A stretch of DNA of 59,292 nucleotides, filler included, from Dugesia japonica (Eukaryota), in assembly GCA_001938525.1 (NCBI GenBank). It is 5 parts of 5 records of this genome, joined end to end, with 100 filler letters (N's around TTAATTAATTAA, not from the genome) between each part and the next. Parts side by side here need not be neighbours in the genome. Positions count along the whole stretch, not along the records: positions 1 to 20,269 come from MQRL01632697.1; 4 more parts are not named here. One strand, written 5' to 3'. A program made the translations under genes and the position numbers. Numbering within the stretch: position 1 is the first letter of the stretch; each line of letters opens with the position of its first letter. Below, one piece after another: positions 1-13,800 of the stretch. The notes under the pieces are model-generated. The model was not told where the DNA came from. It did not search any database and saw nothing but the letters and a program-made list of their open reading frames with translations.

Positions 1-12
1 TGTTTGTCTTGG

Positions 13-348
13 TCATGCTTCATTTCCTTCGATAAAATTGACATACTTATCTTCAAGTGATGGTTTAAACGTTTTAATTAGTTCAGTAGATTTTTGAGTG
101 TTCCAAGATCGTTTATTTCCACTTATGGTATTCACTTGATCGCTGTAATCTTCTTCTTCTGATTCATCATTGATTACGGATTCTGTTTGTTCTTTTTCCT
201 CATAATAGTATCTTAGATTGCTTGTTTGTTTGCAGTTTCTTTTAAGATGGTCACCTCCACACCTGAAACATTTTTTAATATTGAAATCTCTAGCTATATG
301 GCATTTTTTGCCACATGTAAAGCATGTTCTTGTTTCTTGTCTGCCCAC
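13..348 (-). pseudogene. gag: LTR-retrotransposon gag remnant (two zinc knuckles)
   Basis: CFTCGKKCHIARDF and CFRCGGDHLKRNC knuckle-like motifs followed by an acidic linker; no intact ORF context. Confidence 0.7.
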
Positions 349-599
349 AGTTATCCATTTTTGGGTTTCTTCAGAACTTTATGCATTTTTATTCCTATTT
401 TTATAAAACACATTTGGAGCACGAGATTTAATAAAATTAGAAAACCCATATATTAAGATTAAAATTATCAAAATGTTCTTCATATGTTTGCTTGAATATC
501 TAACTTTTCAAGTTAGAATTTCAATTACGTAAACATCATTTGAAACAGAATAATATTGTTTTAATATAGTTACAACTGAATTTACAACAACAGGAAAGA

Positions 600-1300
600 T
601 TAGTTTCTTGTTTTTTAAAGGAAGAATTTTAGTAGAATATGTCAAGACATTGAGAAAGGTTTGTGGGTTTCAGATTTTATGTTTGGTGTTCAAGAAGAAG
701 GGCGCAGTCAAATATTTTTAAGATTTGATTAACTACAAACGTAGAAATGAAAAGATTGATATTTAGTTTAGAAAATTAGAGGATTTAGTAGAAAGATTAT
801 TTTCAAACAAAGTTTACAAAAGATAAAGTTTCGACAAATATTTTACTATTTTGTACAGATAATAAGAACGTTGAAAAATAGGTGATTTTTCGGAAACTAT
901 GGAATATAGAAGAGATTAAAAAAACATTTATGTTAGTAGATCCAATATTAAAAAAGATATTAAATTAATGAAGTTAGAGGTTATGCTTGAGTTGCAGGTC
1001 GAGAGTATCAGAGACCAGCAAATCATGCTGTGAGTAGGCAGGTTAATTAAAGGAAGGGTATCAAAATATATAATGTTTGCTATGTCGTTATGCTGGTCAT
1101 ATAGATGGAAATTGTTTGATAATAGGTAGAGTGTTAGATTTGTCATAAAAGGGCATATAATTAGAGTTTGTCCAGAGAAAAAGCCAATAAAATAAATGGT
1201 TACAGTTATGGAAAGTAAACCACATCAAAATATTATGTCAATTAGTGAGATGTAAGAGATGTGGAAAGGGTAGGCATAGAGCAAAGAAGTGCTACACTAA
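600..1300 (+). pseudogene. gag: Degraded multi-knuckle gag of the Gypsy family seen at 12.9 kb and 24 kb
   Basis: Hand translation gives CLLCRYAGHIDGNC (~1073) and CKRCGKGRHRAKKC (~1251), both CX2CX4HX4C; upstream DNA resembles 13250-13800; many stops. Confidence 0.65.
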
Positions 1301-3582
1301 TTTGAAAATAAAAAGAACAACCGATGAATTTGGGACAGAAGACATTTGCGATTGAAGATAAAGGAATAGATATACGTGGTGCATATGACAAAGCAAATAA
1401 CAATTATTTTAAAAGATAGTAATCAAATTACAGGCCATGACAAATATAGGAGTTGGTAGGAATCATCCATTACCAATTGAATTGATTTTCTTCAAGGGGT
1501 TTAAAAGTGGAATGCGATTGGGAAAGTTGAACTAAAAGTGTACAGATTTTAAAAGAAGAAAATGTTTGTGATTGATAGAACAGAAAGTATTGGGATCAAA
1601 GTGAATCAAAAAATGAATATTTCATAACTCGAGTTGTAAGGAAGCCCAAGTTTTAAGGCATGAGTAAAATAAATTCGAATATCTTTTTAAATATAGTAGA
1701 GTAAATTAAAGTTGATCTTGAGTGGTTTTAATGAATTACGAGAACTGTACCAGAAATTAGTGATGAAATGCTATAATGTGCCAAAAATATAACACTAGGA
1801 ATTGTGGAGAAAGTTAAAGCAGGAGTGACAGTTGGAAAAGTTTGCAAAGAGGTTATTTTCTTAGTAATAGAAAGAGTGGCATCGGAACTAATAAATAGTA
1901 TAGATTTGCTGAAGATATTTGAATACCAGACTCTACAAAATACCGATAATCAGACTGCAAAACAAGTGGGAAATTATATTAGCAATGTTGAAGCAAAGTT
2001 TTGAAGACAAATTATAAAAAAGAGATTCGTAAAAATCATAAATAATCTTTAAATTAAAGATGATCAAAGGTTAATAAAAATATCAGAAATAAAGATCACC
2101 AGCAATAAGTTGTAACAAATAATATTGATCCGTTAAGATTTCATTTTAAAATTTTGAATATTTCAACATATTTGCCTTTTAAAGTGGATTTTTTATAAAA
2201 TAAAAATAAAATTTAGTGTTCAACGTTACATGATTCTTCAAAAAAAACATAAACCTGGTGGAATGGCGTTCCAACACATTTTTTCATGAGTAGAGGGATA
2301 GTGACAGTAAATAATAGCACACATTTGCTAACCCCCCAGCCAGATTAGTGATGTAATGAAACCTAATCATAATGCATTTAGTTGGTAATTTAAAAATTGC
2401 ATCATAAATTGCATCATTAGGTAACTATTACGTTACTGTTTTTAAATTTCCCTGTGTATTTAGTTAGGAAAATTTTTTGCACACAAATTAGTCATGAGAT
2501 TAATTTAATCTGTGAAATTTTATGTAATAGGATTAACTGTTTCTAAATTTTTCCAATGTATTTAGTTGGGAAACCTTTTTAGGCTATTTAGGTGGCAGGT
2601 GTTTTTAACGTTTTCCTGTTGTTTTAGTTGGGAAATTTGTTAGGCTTTTTAAGTGGTAACTGTTTTTAATTGTTCTCTGTGTGTTTAGTTGGAGAAATTT
2701 TTTAGGCTTTTTAGTTGGGAATTTATTCGGTGAGGTTGAATTAGGTCTATTTTTGATTGGTTTTAGATAATTTTTGTCTAAAATTTCCTCGATGAGGTAG
2801 AATAAGGTCCATTTTTGATTGGTTCAGGTGAATTTGGTAGAATATTTCCTCGGGTTTGAGCAGTTAGGGCTAACTTGGTTGGTTTTAGGTAATTTTTGGA
2901 TGATTTGGTCGAAAATTTCGGCGGGAATTGTTATTTTGTTCAATTTTTGGCTGGTTTGGATGAATTTGGTCCATTATTTCCTCGTAATAGGTAGTCTTTT
3001 GGTGATTCAGGTAAAATTGGTTGAAAATTTCCTAAGGTTTGGTTAACTTGGTTAATTGTTTGGGTGATTTGATTGAAATTTTTCTGGTGATTGGTAATTT
3101 TTGGGTGATTTGGTCAATTATTTCCTCGGGATTGGTAAGTTTAGGTAATGTTTGGGCGTTTTGGTCATTTATTTAACCGGGAATAGTGAATTTGGAGCAA
3201 TATTTGGTGATTTGGTCCAATATTTCCTCCAGATTGGTNATTTTGGGTAATTTTTAGGTGAATTCGATCAATAAATTCCTCAGGTTTGGTCAATTTGGTC
3301 AAATATTTCCTCGGGAATGGTTAACGTGGTTTATGTTTGGAAGATTCAGTCTATTATTTACACGGCTTTGGTAATGTTATTCAATTATTTACTCAGTATG
3401 GACAAACTTCTTCAATTATTTGCTCACGAGTGTAATTTTTAGGTGAATTCGATCAATTATTTACTTGGTAATGGTCAATTTGAGTAATTTTAAAGCAAAT
3501 CGGTAAATTATATTCTCAGGAATGGTTAAGTTTGTTAATTTCTGCGCGATTCGGTCAAATATTTACTCACAGCGGTCCAATT

Positions 3583-3645
3583 TTGGTTGACAGTGCTTAG
3601 AGTTTTGTTGACAGTGCTCAGAATTTGGTTGACAGTGGTCAGAGA
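3583..3645. repeat. ~20-bp tandem repeat (gttgacagtgctcaga core), 3 copies
   Basis: Directly visible. Confidence 0.8.
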
Positions 3646-4959
3646 TTGGATGGTTATGGTCAATTATTTATTCACAAGGGTAATTTTTTGATGATTTGAG
3701 TAAAGATTTTCTTGGTAAGGGTGATTTGGTCAATTATTTCATTTAAATTATTTAATCTCATTTGATACAAGTCGTTCCTGGTTACATTAAAAATTAGTTG
3801 AACTTAATTAATAAAATGTTAATAAATTTTATGTTTTAGAGAAAACTTTAATTTCGATTNNNNNNTTCATCAACGAAGTTGATTATAGTTAATTAGAGGC
3901 AATTATTGCTTATTTTTTAGTATATTCAGATAGTTTCAATAATTTTAGTTGAATAATTTACTCAATGAGATTAAATCGGACCAAATTTCGTCAATTACGG
4001 TATATTTGTTAAGGAATTCCCTAGTAATGATCTATTTGCTAATGACTTTTATTGAAAATGGTAAAATTTTAATTTCAACATTAGTCGCTTCCCAAACAAT
4101 TTAAACATTTATAGTTAAAAGATGATAAATAAATTATAAAATTAATAAATAAATTATAAATTATTCTCCTACATTTTTTTCAATAATAGTTTGTTTTCTT
4201 TCCATTTCATTACATTACCTCATCCGGTTAGTACAGTCTAGCTATTATTCCAACCGTTCACATCCGGTCATGATTGTGCACCACTACAACTTTTTAAAAA
4301 CAATTAGTCATCATCGTCAATAATTGACTAGACTCGGATCCGCAAAATGATATGGAATTCCAACTTACTATTATCAAATCCAATGTATGGTATTATATTA
4401 ATTTATTTAATTTTATAATAATATTAGTATAAATTAATTTAATGAAAAAGTAATGAAAATAATATTGATNATAAATCAATAATAATAGTCAAAATTTGAA
4501 TAATAATAATAATTTCAATGATAATAATAATAATAATCAACCAATAATAATAATAAATCAAATATTAATAAATATTAATCAGACACTTATAAGTTATATT
4601 TAAAATTTTGTATATGTTGATTCTAAATTTTAATTCATTGAATAAAATTTCTTTGAAAATTTAATTAATTAATTAATTTTTGAATGTAAATATTATGTTC
4701 ATGAATAATTGGTTAGGATTTCAATGAATGAAAGAATAAATTTATATTACAGGTATATGATTAATATGTAAATAAAAACAAAAGAAATCTAATTTCAAAC
4801 GAATTTTCTATATTAAGGTGAAAATATGTGAATAATTAACCGGTTATTAACTGTAAAGTATATTTTCAGTGTGAATTATATGATTGACTATAAGGTATAA
4901 GCGATGAATAGATTAAACCATTAACCGAATAACCAATAGGTAAATAGCAAATATTCTGT

Positions 4960-5200
4960 ATGGTAATACTTGATGATAGTGAGAGTTGTGTATGTTAAGA
5001 GCTGTTGGTAACGAGTATTGTTTTGATATAGCCGTTGATAGTGAGTATTGTACATGTTAATACTTAATGATAATGAGTATTCTGTAGGTTAATACTTGAT
5101 GATAGTGAGAGTTATGTTTGTCAAGAGCTGTATGTTAATACTTGATGATAGCGAGGTTTGTGTTGATATAGCTGTTGGAAACGAGTATTATGTATGTTAA
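4960..5200. repeat. Degenerate minisatellite (taatacttgatgatagtgag / gctgttg...gagtatt units)
   Basis: Directly visible recurring units. Confidence 0.7.
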
Positions 5201-6779
5201 GATATTTTCCNNNNNNNNNNNNNNNNNNNNNNNNNNNNNNNNNNNNNNNNNNNNNNNNNNNNNNNNNNNNNNNNNNNNNNNNNNNNNTATTAGAATCAAT
5301 AATTTATATTTATTCATTTCTTTGAGTAATATTAGAATGTCATGTGAGTGGCATTTATACTGCACTATTATCACACTTGTTCTGGACACATGCTTTTTAT
5401 GTAATGCCACATCTTGCATATTTCATGTAAATTTCATAAAATGTTTTAATACTTCTATACAATTTTATAAAATAATTTGTGACNNNNNNNNNNNNNNNNN
5501 NNNNNNNNNNNNNNNNNNNNNNNNNNNNNNNNNNNNNNNNNNNNNNNNNNNNNNNNNNNNNNNNNACTTCTATGCAATAATTGAATTATTTCCCCATTCT
5601 TTTACATATGGTTTTGAAATATTTATCGACTACTGTGCAATTTCAGATTATTTTTGTCGAAATAATTGACCAAATTGTCCAAAACTGATCCAAATTGACT
5701 ATTTCCGATTAAAATTCATCTAAATCTCCAACAAATGAACTAAATTAACTATTACGGATGAAAAATTCGACCAAACTGCTCAAACCCGAGGAAAAATTCA
5801 ACCAAAAGTTACCCATACCGAGCAATCCCGAGAAAATATTTCAACTAAATCGCAAAAAATGAGCCAAATTCAATAAGATCTATGAAAAATTTGACTGAAT
5901 CACCAAAAAAAAATTACTCAAACTGACTAACCCCGAGGAAAGATTTGACCGAATCACCCAAAAATTACCCAAATTAACAATTCTCTAGGAAAAATTTGAC
6001 CAAATTAACTTAAAACCGAGAACGTTTGCGCAGATTCGACCTCACCGATGAAATTTTCGAACAAATCACCTAAACATTACCAAAATCAACCATTCCCGAG
6101 GAAATATCTGACCAAATTAACCTAAAACTGACCATTCTTTTCTAGATTCGACCTCACCGAGCAAATTATTGACCAAATTTACCTGAACCAATCAAAAATC
6201 GACTTTATTCAACCTTACTCAGGAAATTTTGGACAAAGACCTTCTAAAACCAACCAAAAATCGACCTTATTCAACCTCATCAAATAAATTCCCAACTAGA
6301 AAGTCTAAAATATTTTCCCAACTAAAACACTTGCCGCCTAAAAAGCCTAAAAAATATTGCCACTTAATAAGCCTAAAAGATTTTCCCTACAAAATACATT
6401 GGAAAAAATAGTCTCTCTTAATCCTATTACGTAAAATTTCACCGATGAAATTAATCTCATGACATAATTTGTGTGCAGAAACTTTCCCCAACTAAATACA
6501 CAGGGGAAAAACCACCTCTCTGACAAAATATTACCTAATGATGCAATTTTTAAATTGCCAAATAAATGCATTAGGATTAAATTTCAATACGTCACGGGGG
6601 GGTTTACCGAATGTGTGCTGAGGTTTACTGCTAATATCCCTCTACTCATTGTCTGTTTATTTTTTATTAAAGAAATATTGTTTGACTTAAAACAATTTAT
6701 TAAAAAGGCAATGTTTGTCATTTGTTTTAATAATAACATTGTTGATAGTTTTAAATTTCTAGCCCCCTCTTATAAAAAC

Positions 6780-6923
6780 ATGAATAATAAAGACATGTGG
6801 ATGATATTTCGATACGAATACGTTCATGAAAATAATACGACAGTAGCAGCTCGGAATATTAAAAAAGTTTATGGAAAAGTTTGTTTATTTAACTTTAGAC
6901 TTGGTATGTCTAAAATAAGATGA
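6780..6923 (+). pseudogene. Mariner transposase N-terminal HTH fragment
   Basis: MNNKDMWMIFRYEYVHENNTTVAARNIKKVYG resembles the mariner N-terminus (IRxIFxYEFxxGxxAxEAARNINxxFG). Confidence 0.55.
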
Positions 6924-9772
6924 TAAATTGTTTTTTTCCAATTTTTTATGCGCTTTAGGCATTGAAAAGCTGCCAATTTAAATAATTTTCTTTATTAAAA
7001 TTTTCTTGTCAAATATTAATTGATTGTTTATAAAAACTTATTTACTTCCTAAACTGTTAATTATATATAAAAATGTAAGAATTCAAATTTGTAAATACAA
7101 TAAAATGAATTTGATGTGNNNNNNNNNNNNNNNNNNNNNNNNNNNNNNNNNNNNNNNNNNNNNNNNNNNNNNNNNNNNNNNNNNNNNNNNNNNNNNNNNN
7201 NNNNNNNNNNNNNNNNNNNNNNNNNNNNNNNNNNNNNNNNNNNNNNNNNNNNNNNNNNNNNNNNNNNNNNNNNNNNNNNNNNNNNNNNNTGAAATCTCAA
7301 ATGCGATCAATGGTTAAGTCCAACAATTATTCTCACAATAATTGTAATTATAAAATATTTTAACTACTCGAATAGTTTCCTGAATACGAAATATAATTTC
7401 GTTCAGAGATTAAAATCAAACACTAACCTTTGAATCTTTTGATTTCAACTGTCATTTTATTGTTTAAAGTATCAAAGAAAAATTTTACGATAAAAACAAA
7501 TACTGGTTGACTGCTGTAATTACGTTTTTCTATTGTTTATAATAACCATAAAGTAAATAATGAATACTAATAGTCTTTTAAATGGAACATCAATTAGATT
7601 TAGTTCAACAATTAAAATCAATAAATTAAAAATAACGCCAAGTTCTCAAAATTTATTAAATTTAACTATGAAGTCAATTAGTAATATCATGAATTTACTG
7701 ACTAATTAAATCTAACCAAATCGAAATTCAAACATTATTGAAATATTTGAGAATTTTACTCTCTTATTTGGCTTGGAATTATTGCATATTGATAGTTAAT
7801 CTGAGAAATATTAAATAATAAAGTTTATTTTTATTTTAAACGTAAACTTTTTATTAGGTTTTCATTTAAAAAATTTTATTCTCCGAAAATAAATTTAATT
7901 GAAAATTTTTTCTCTGAATGTTCATAAAAGCGGAATAAACAAACATACTGATCATTTTTTAAAAAAAGTTCGAAGCAAGACAAAAAGTAATGCTTAAAAA
8001 CAATTTTGTAATAGATAATAGATAAAAAAAATGAAAAGAAACAATATATAAAAAAAACCAAAATAAAATGGAAAAAAAGCAAAAAAGAACCAAAATTATT
8101 GCCCAATCCGAACTACCAATATTAAGTAAACTAGCATGCTAACCATTTATTGCTTTTAATATTTTGAATGAAATAAATCAATGGGTCTCTTGCAGAAGAA
8201 ATACTTGAATCAAGGGAAGGATTTCTGACAATAGGTTGATTGAATGTTAAAATATTTGAGTTCCAGTTGAGATTACTTGGATAAGGAAATACAATAGATA
8301 GTTTATTACGAGAACCCAAATGCTTTGTCACAAATTGGAGCAAAACCCGTTGATCAGTACTCTAGCAATTTTACATGCCCAAGGATTAGATGTATTGCTT
8401 TATGTGGAAAAAACTGACCGTAGCAGATCTAAAGAGAGAGCTTAAATACATCTGGAATATTACTAATTTATTGCACCGCAAAAAGTGTTTTTATATATCG
8501 AGTTTGAGTATGGGTCTCAAATACACCCAAAGAAATAAGTAATAAACAATGTTGGAATATTAATTGTGAGTCAGATTATATTCTGTCTATCAGATCTTTT
8601 TAGTTAATCAAAACTTCAAATTTTCATCAAACATTAGTGAAAACTTATTTCCTTTGTTTTTTACAGTTGGAAGAATAACTCAATTGAGTCATTTCAGTAT
8701 ATTTGTTGTAGGTATGGTTTGAGACAATAAAATGTTTTGAAGTTTTTAACGAAAAAAGTTTTATAAATAATTTACTTAACTTCATAAAATAAAATTAGAA
8801 AATTTAAAAATTTCCATATTTGAAAATTAAGTATTAATAATTAATTTTAAATTAATGACTTTATTCAATAAAATCATGTTTGTTATAAAATAGTTACGTT
8901 AATGTTAAAATTCAAAATTTGGAATAATTTTAAATAAATAATTTATGGAATAATTTTCAAATAAAGGTTTAAGTAAATAATTTGGTGTAATTTTTAAAAA
9001 ATCGTTTAATCTGAATTTAATTTGTATTAAAATCTTTTTGAATGAAATTTTTCCTAAATTTAAATAAAAAAATTTGGATTAATTATAAAATTTTATAAAA
9101 ATAATAATTTTCTAAAATTTATTGTTTTTGGTTATTAAATAATTTTTTAATTAGCTTTGGTCAGAATTATATAAAAATGTTTAGCTTGTTTTAAAATATG
9201 TTTAATAAAATATGTTTGGTGGTCATAAATTTTGAAATAAATTTTGAAAATGAAGTGTTGGTTTTTTTAATGCAAAGATGATTGTTACAGACTCATCTAA
9301 CAATTGCTATTACAGTGCTTTTGTTCTAGCAAAATATAAATACCAGTATTAACAATTAAGGTAACAACAGGTATAAGCACATAATCAAAGAGGAAATATA
9401 TAAATGAACACAAAAAAATTCGGATCAGTTAAAAATTTTGAAAACCTTTCTAATTCAATGTCAAAAGATCCGATCCAAATCTGCAAAACCATTGATTATT
9501 TAGAAAACATTTCTATTCAACTCATGTCACCTTATTTAAAAAATCCTTCATCGATTTATTTTCTTTTGTTCTTTTTAATTTGTATAACTCTTATTCATAA
9601 TACTTTATCAACACATTATCATTGTTATTGATTTTATTTAGATTTCGTTTCTGACATCAATGGTCACAATATTATCAGTTCATTATGGCCCTTACAATAA
9701 AGTCAGTTCGTGCTTTGAAATCTCTGTCCAGATTATATCGTTCTTTTTAACAATATTTCATAACCTATGAAC

Positions 9773-11509
9773 TAGGGTTTCTTATTTTTCGAAGTATTTT
9801 AATTTTTGAGAATTTCGGGAATAATATAAGTTTGCAATTTTATAATAAATACATGTCAATTTGTTTGAATATTTTTAAATATTTTATTTCTTAAAATGAT
9901 ATTTCAAAAAACATAATATATTTGCTGATTTATCCAATAACAGAGTTCGAAGTTTCGTAATAAACGTTCCAGAAGTTGAAAAATTACGTTCATTTTGTGT
10001 TGAGTTAGGTCTTATTGTTAGCAGCGCATCAAATAATTGTTGCAAATTTTGAGTAATATTCCCGGTACGTTCGTAAATGTTAAATTCTTTTGTCAATGAG
10101 CAAAATGTTTCACTGTTCTTGTGAGGCTTTGTTGTATCTGTAAAATTGATATTGAACTTTGCAATTGGTCATGCAAAGGTTTTGCAATAGCATTTTTAGT
10201 CTCCACTTGAGGTATAATTTCTAATTCAACGTTATCAACACCACCGTTAATTTTATTACTAAAAAGTCTTATAATTAGTGATTTTGCTAGTTTTAACATT
10301 TCTGATTTATTTGATGATTTAAAACAATCATCATTTTCTAGAATGAATTTTGGATTGCTTTAGAACTTTATTAGTGAAATTAGTGGTATGTTACGACGTT
10401 TAAATATATAAGCTTTCAATTCATCAAAAAAACCATTGGCCGTGCTGCTATTTTGAATTGTGTTTTCTGAGCTCCTCCACGGCAAGCTTAACAGGTTCTA
10501 ACACATTTACCATTTCTTTACACACTTTTGTAGACTTTTTCCACAGATACGATAAGTTTATTTCATTAAAAGATTTAAGCTTCATAAATCGGACAACCAT
10601 ATTTATTCAGATATTCCAGCGAGTCTCACAATTGAGAATTAACTGCATTTCTCTTTTTTCAACAGCAACAACTTCTTTTTGAAAAATAGAATTTCTCACT
10701 GGTGAATTTTAGAATAATTTTACAATTTTTCGGACAGCATCAATGGTTTCACGAAAGGTTTTTGCTAAAACTAGTTCTGTATCTGACTCAATGACATCTT
10801 CTTCACTATCGTATATAGAATCCTCGTTAGAAAATGATTCAATGTTGTCTTTTCTAGTATAAAAAACTTTTATAACCGCAATATGGATTGCATGATTATA
10901 ACACAGTTATTGAATGGAAGGAGATAGTTTTCCGAATTTCTCTATTACCGCTGCGCCATCACTTGTTACAGCAACTACATCTTTTTCGAATGATAATTTA
11001 AATGTTGTTAACATTTCCTCAACTAAATTTAAAGCCATATATTCTTGCCAGTCCCAAATCAAGTGAATTTTCATTATTATATAAATGCACATTTAAGTAT
11101 CTACGGTTTCTCAAACTTGTCCATTCATCAATTGAAATACTAGTCTTCTTATTTTGATTTTTCAATATTATAGTTTGGTTTATATACTCTCATTTAACTT
11201 TCTCGTAATAGGCAAAAATTAATTCCATAACATGAGAATGATTTTTAGGAAGGTCAAAATCTTTGTCGTGCATGCTTTTTCGTATAAAATCACTTTTTGT
11301 TATGGCATTTATGGAAAACCCATCAACTGAAGCATGTTTTATTCATTACAATAAGCCTCTTTAGAGTTCATGGCTTAAGAAAAATTTTAAAGAATATTGG
11401 AAAGCACTATAACTCATTAGAATATTATTAATATTTCAAGAAAATTTGTTTTATGACTTTCTCGAATTTCGCGATTTCTTGAGTTAAAATTTCTCGAGAA
11501 GAAACTCTA
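9773..11509 (-). mobile_element. hAT DNA transposon, decayed transposase
   Basis: TIRs TAGGGTTTCTT / TAGAGTTTCTT; 8-bp TSD-like flanks ctatgaac / atattaac (6/8); motifs VTSDGAAV, TRWN and the dimerisation motif PNSTQNERNFS. Confidence 0.85.
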
Positions 11510-12858
11510 ATATTAACTAAAAATCATTTATTGAAAAATCACTGAAAATAAAATTCATATTGAAATCCAAAAATAATTTCATATTCATTTAATAATTCTT
11601 AATTTTACGAAATTGTAATGAATTTTAAGACATTAAATTTAAAATAAAATTTAATTTTGGCCGTAAAAATTTAAAAATAATCTTTACATGTAATAAAATC
11701 GAATTAAAACATTTCNNNNNNNNNNNNNNNNNNNNNNNNNNNNNNNNNNNNNNNNNNAAAAAAAAATGATTGTAGGCAGTGCGGTTTACCGACCGGTTCA
11801 CACGAACTGACTACAAAACGAAAATAAAATACTTTCAAATTACTTTGTATTTATATTTCGTTTGTACTTTTTTCGAAAGAAATTTTCTTTAAATTTGAAA
11901 TTTTCTATGAAAAAGTGAAAACGAAAAATATCATTTTTATCATATAAATTGCCTAAATAAAATCACTTATTTATTAACTTAAAATAATATTTTAGGTTAA
12001 TGATAAATAGTTTGATTCAAAATAGGAATTTTAAAAAATTTCAAATAAATAAAAATTATTTATAACTAGGAATTGTAGAAAATAGATTTGAATTAAAAAC
12101 TGACATTTGTATATCTACTTTTATTGATTATCTATCTTGATTGTTTTTATTTACGTTTTTTGTTCGAATAAAATAAAACACATTAATTTACCATTGCATT
12201 TATTTTTCTTTTAAAAAGTGTAGATTTTTAAAATAACCTCTAAACAGTTAGTTCAATTCAAATGATCTATAATTTCATAATTTCAACGTAATTTCATTTT
12301 TATACTTCTAAGATGAAGAGACAAAATATGTTAACCAAATATTTTTCAAAAGAAATAAGAGAGGAACATCGACCAGTGATACTAGGTGGTCCAAATTAGA
12401 ACCAAATGAAGGTTCGTCAACTTTGGAGGAACATGTATCAAAAACTTTGAGTAACACCACTAACTATTTACCAATCTGTTGGAATTCGGAACAATTAAAC
12501 CAGTCTCAAATAAAATATGACTTATTAATTCTCAGTAATTAAACATTGGGATGTGATTATTTGAAAAAATGGATTCAGATTTAATATCTAAGGAATGGAA
12601 AGAATGTAAAGTTTCGGCATAGTGGAAAAACAAAACAAGCATCTTTTATGGAAAAATGAGTAAACATTTTGCATTGAAAGCATATAGAGTAGTTGTTGAA
12701 CACAAAATCGTATATGAAAATGATAACTTCTAAACATGTGTCGAAAGATGAATGGAAAATTTATTGATTCCACTAGAAAAAGTTTTAACACTATATTATG
12801 ACTTAGCATTGTCTTAGCCTTCGTCCATTCATAAGTAATATTAAGCATGTTAATTATA

Positions 12859-13800
12859 AGGAAATAATTAATAATTTCAGCCGCTAGAATTCGATTAAAA
12901 TTATTATTAATCTTTTTAATGGGGAAATAAATTATGTCTAAAATATTGGTTGTGATTTGGAAAATAAATTATCAATCGAAGATTTACCTAACATGGTTGC
13001 AGCGGTAAATACTGATTCCATTACATATAGGTTTTTGCCGAATTTGTTATGCAAAAGAGATGATATTGAGAAATTTATCAAGCGATTTGAATTATATTTT
13101 TAGGCTAAAAACGTTACCCAGATTAAACAACTGGATAGATTAATCTCTTGTTTGTTAGATGATTATTTGTTGGAAGAATATTATAATTAATCTCTTATTA
13201 TTAATCTCTTGTTTGTTAGATGATTATTTGTTGGAAGAATATTCGAAGACGTTGAAATAAGTTGTAAGATTTCAGGCTCGTTTACGTATGGCATTTGAGA
13301 AAAAGAAAGATCTTATCAAAGAATCTAAAAATTTGATTAACTACATTCGTAAAAATGAAGAGATTCAAGTTTATTTTAAGAATGTAAAAGATTTAGTGAA
13401 GAGATTATTTACAAAAAAAGATTTTACTGATGGAAAAATGGTAGCAAAATGCTGGTATATTGTACAGATAACAAAAAAAATTGAAGAATAGGTGACTTTG
13501 CGGAAACGACAGAATATAGAAGATATTAAAGAAACAATGACATTATAATTACAATTATTGTGAGAATAATTGTTGGACTTGCCCATTGATTGCATTTGAG
13601 ATTTCATTAAAATAAAGAAAAAGCTTCGATCAAAATAAAATGTATTTTTACAGAAAATTTGAATTTCTATTAAAATACATTTTATTTTGATCGAAGCTTT
13701 TTCTTTATTTTAATGAAACAATGACATCAGTTGATCAAATAGAGAAAAGCAGAGATCAGGTTGATTAAGTTAGAAGTTATTCCAGAATCACAAGTCAAAA
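12859..13800 (+). mobile_element. 5' LTR + PBS + gag remnant of the Gypsy family at 20.4-24.8 kb
   Basis: LTR end ...acctaaca followed by tggttgcagcgg; gag DNA similar to the reverse complement of 24230-24665. Confidence 0.75.
13544..13714 (-). mobile_element. Short Penelope-like 3' fragment with fold-back, inserted into gag
   Basis: 13-bp direct repeat gaaacaatgacat at 13531 and 13715; internal ~47-bp perfect inverted repeat; same tail as 7290-7352, 16383 and 25445. Confidence 0.7.

Larger units (their letters stand above)
2289..6646. mobile_element. Non-coding element bounded by ~1-kb diverged terminal inverted repeats starting AGTAGAGGGATA (Polinton-like ends)
   Basis: 2289 agtagagggata... 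is the reverse complement of ...tatccctctact 6646; arms align over ~2289-3300 vs ~5670-6646; no TSD found. Confidence 0.6.

Noticed and set aside
5135-7317. ORFs spanning N runs (also at 23.1-24.3, 47.1-47.4 and 51.4 kb) and antisense shadow ORFs
   Set aside because: Open only because of Ns, or because they mirror real genes on the other strand
8130-8700. Possible spliced host gene on the + strand
   Set aside because: Codon-like stretch with splice-like sites, but in-frame stops and no recognisable motif
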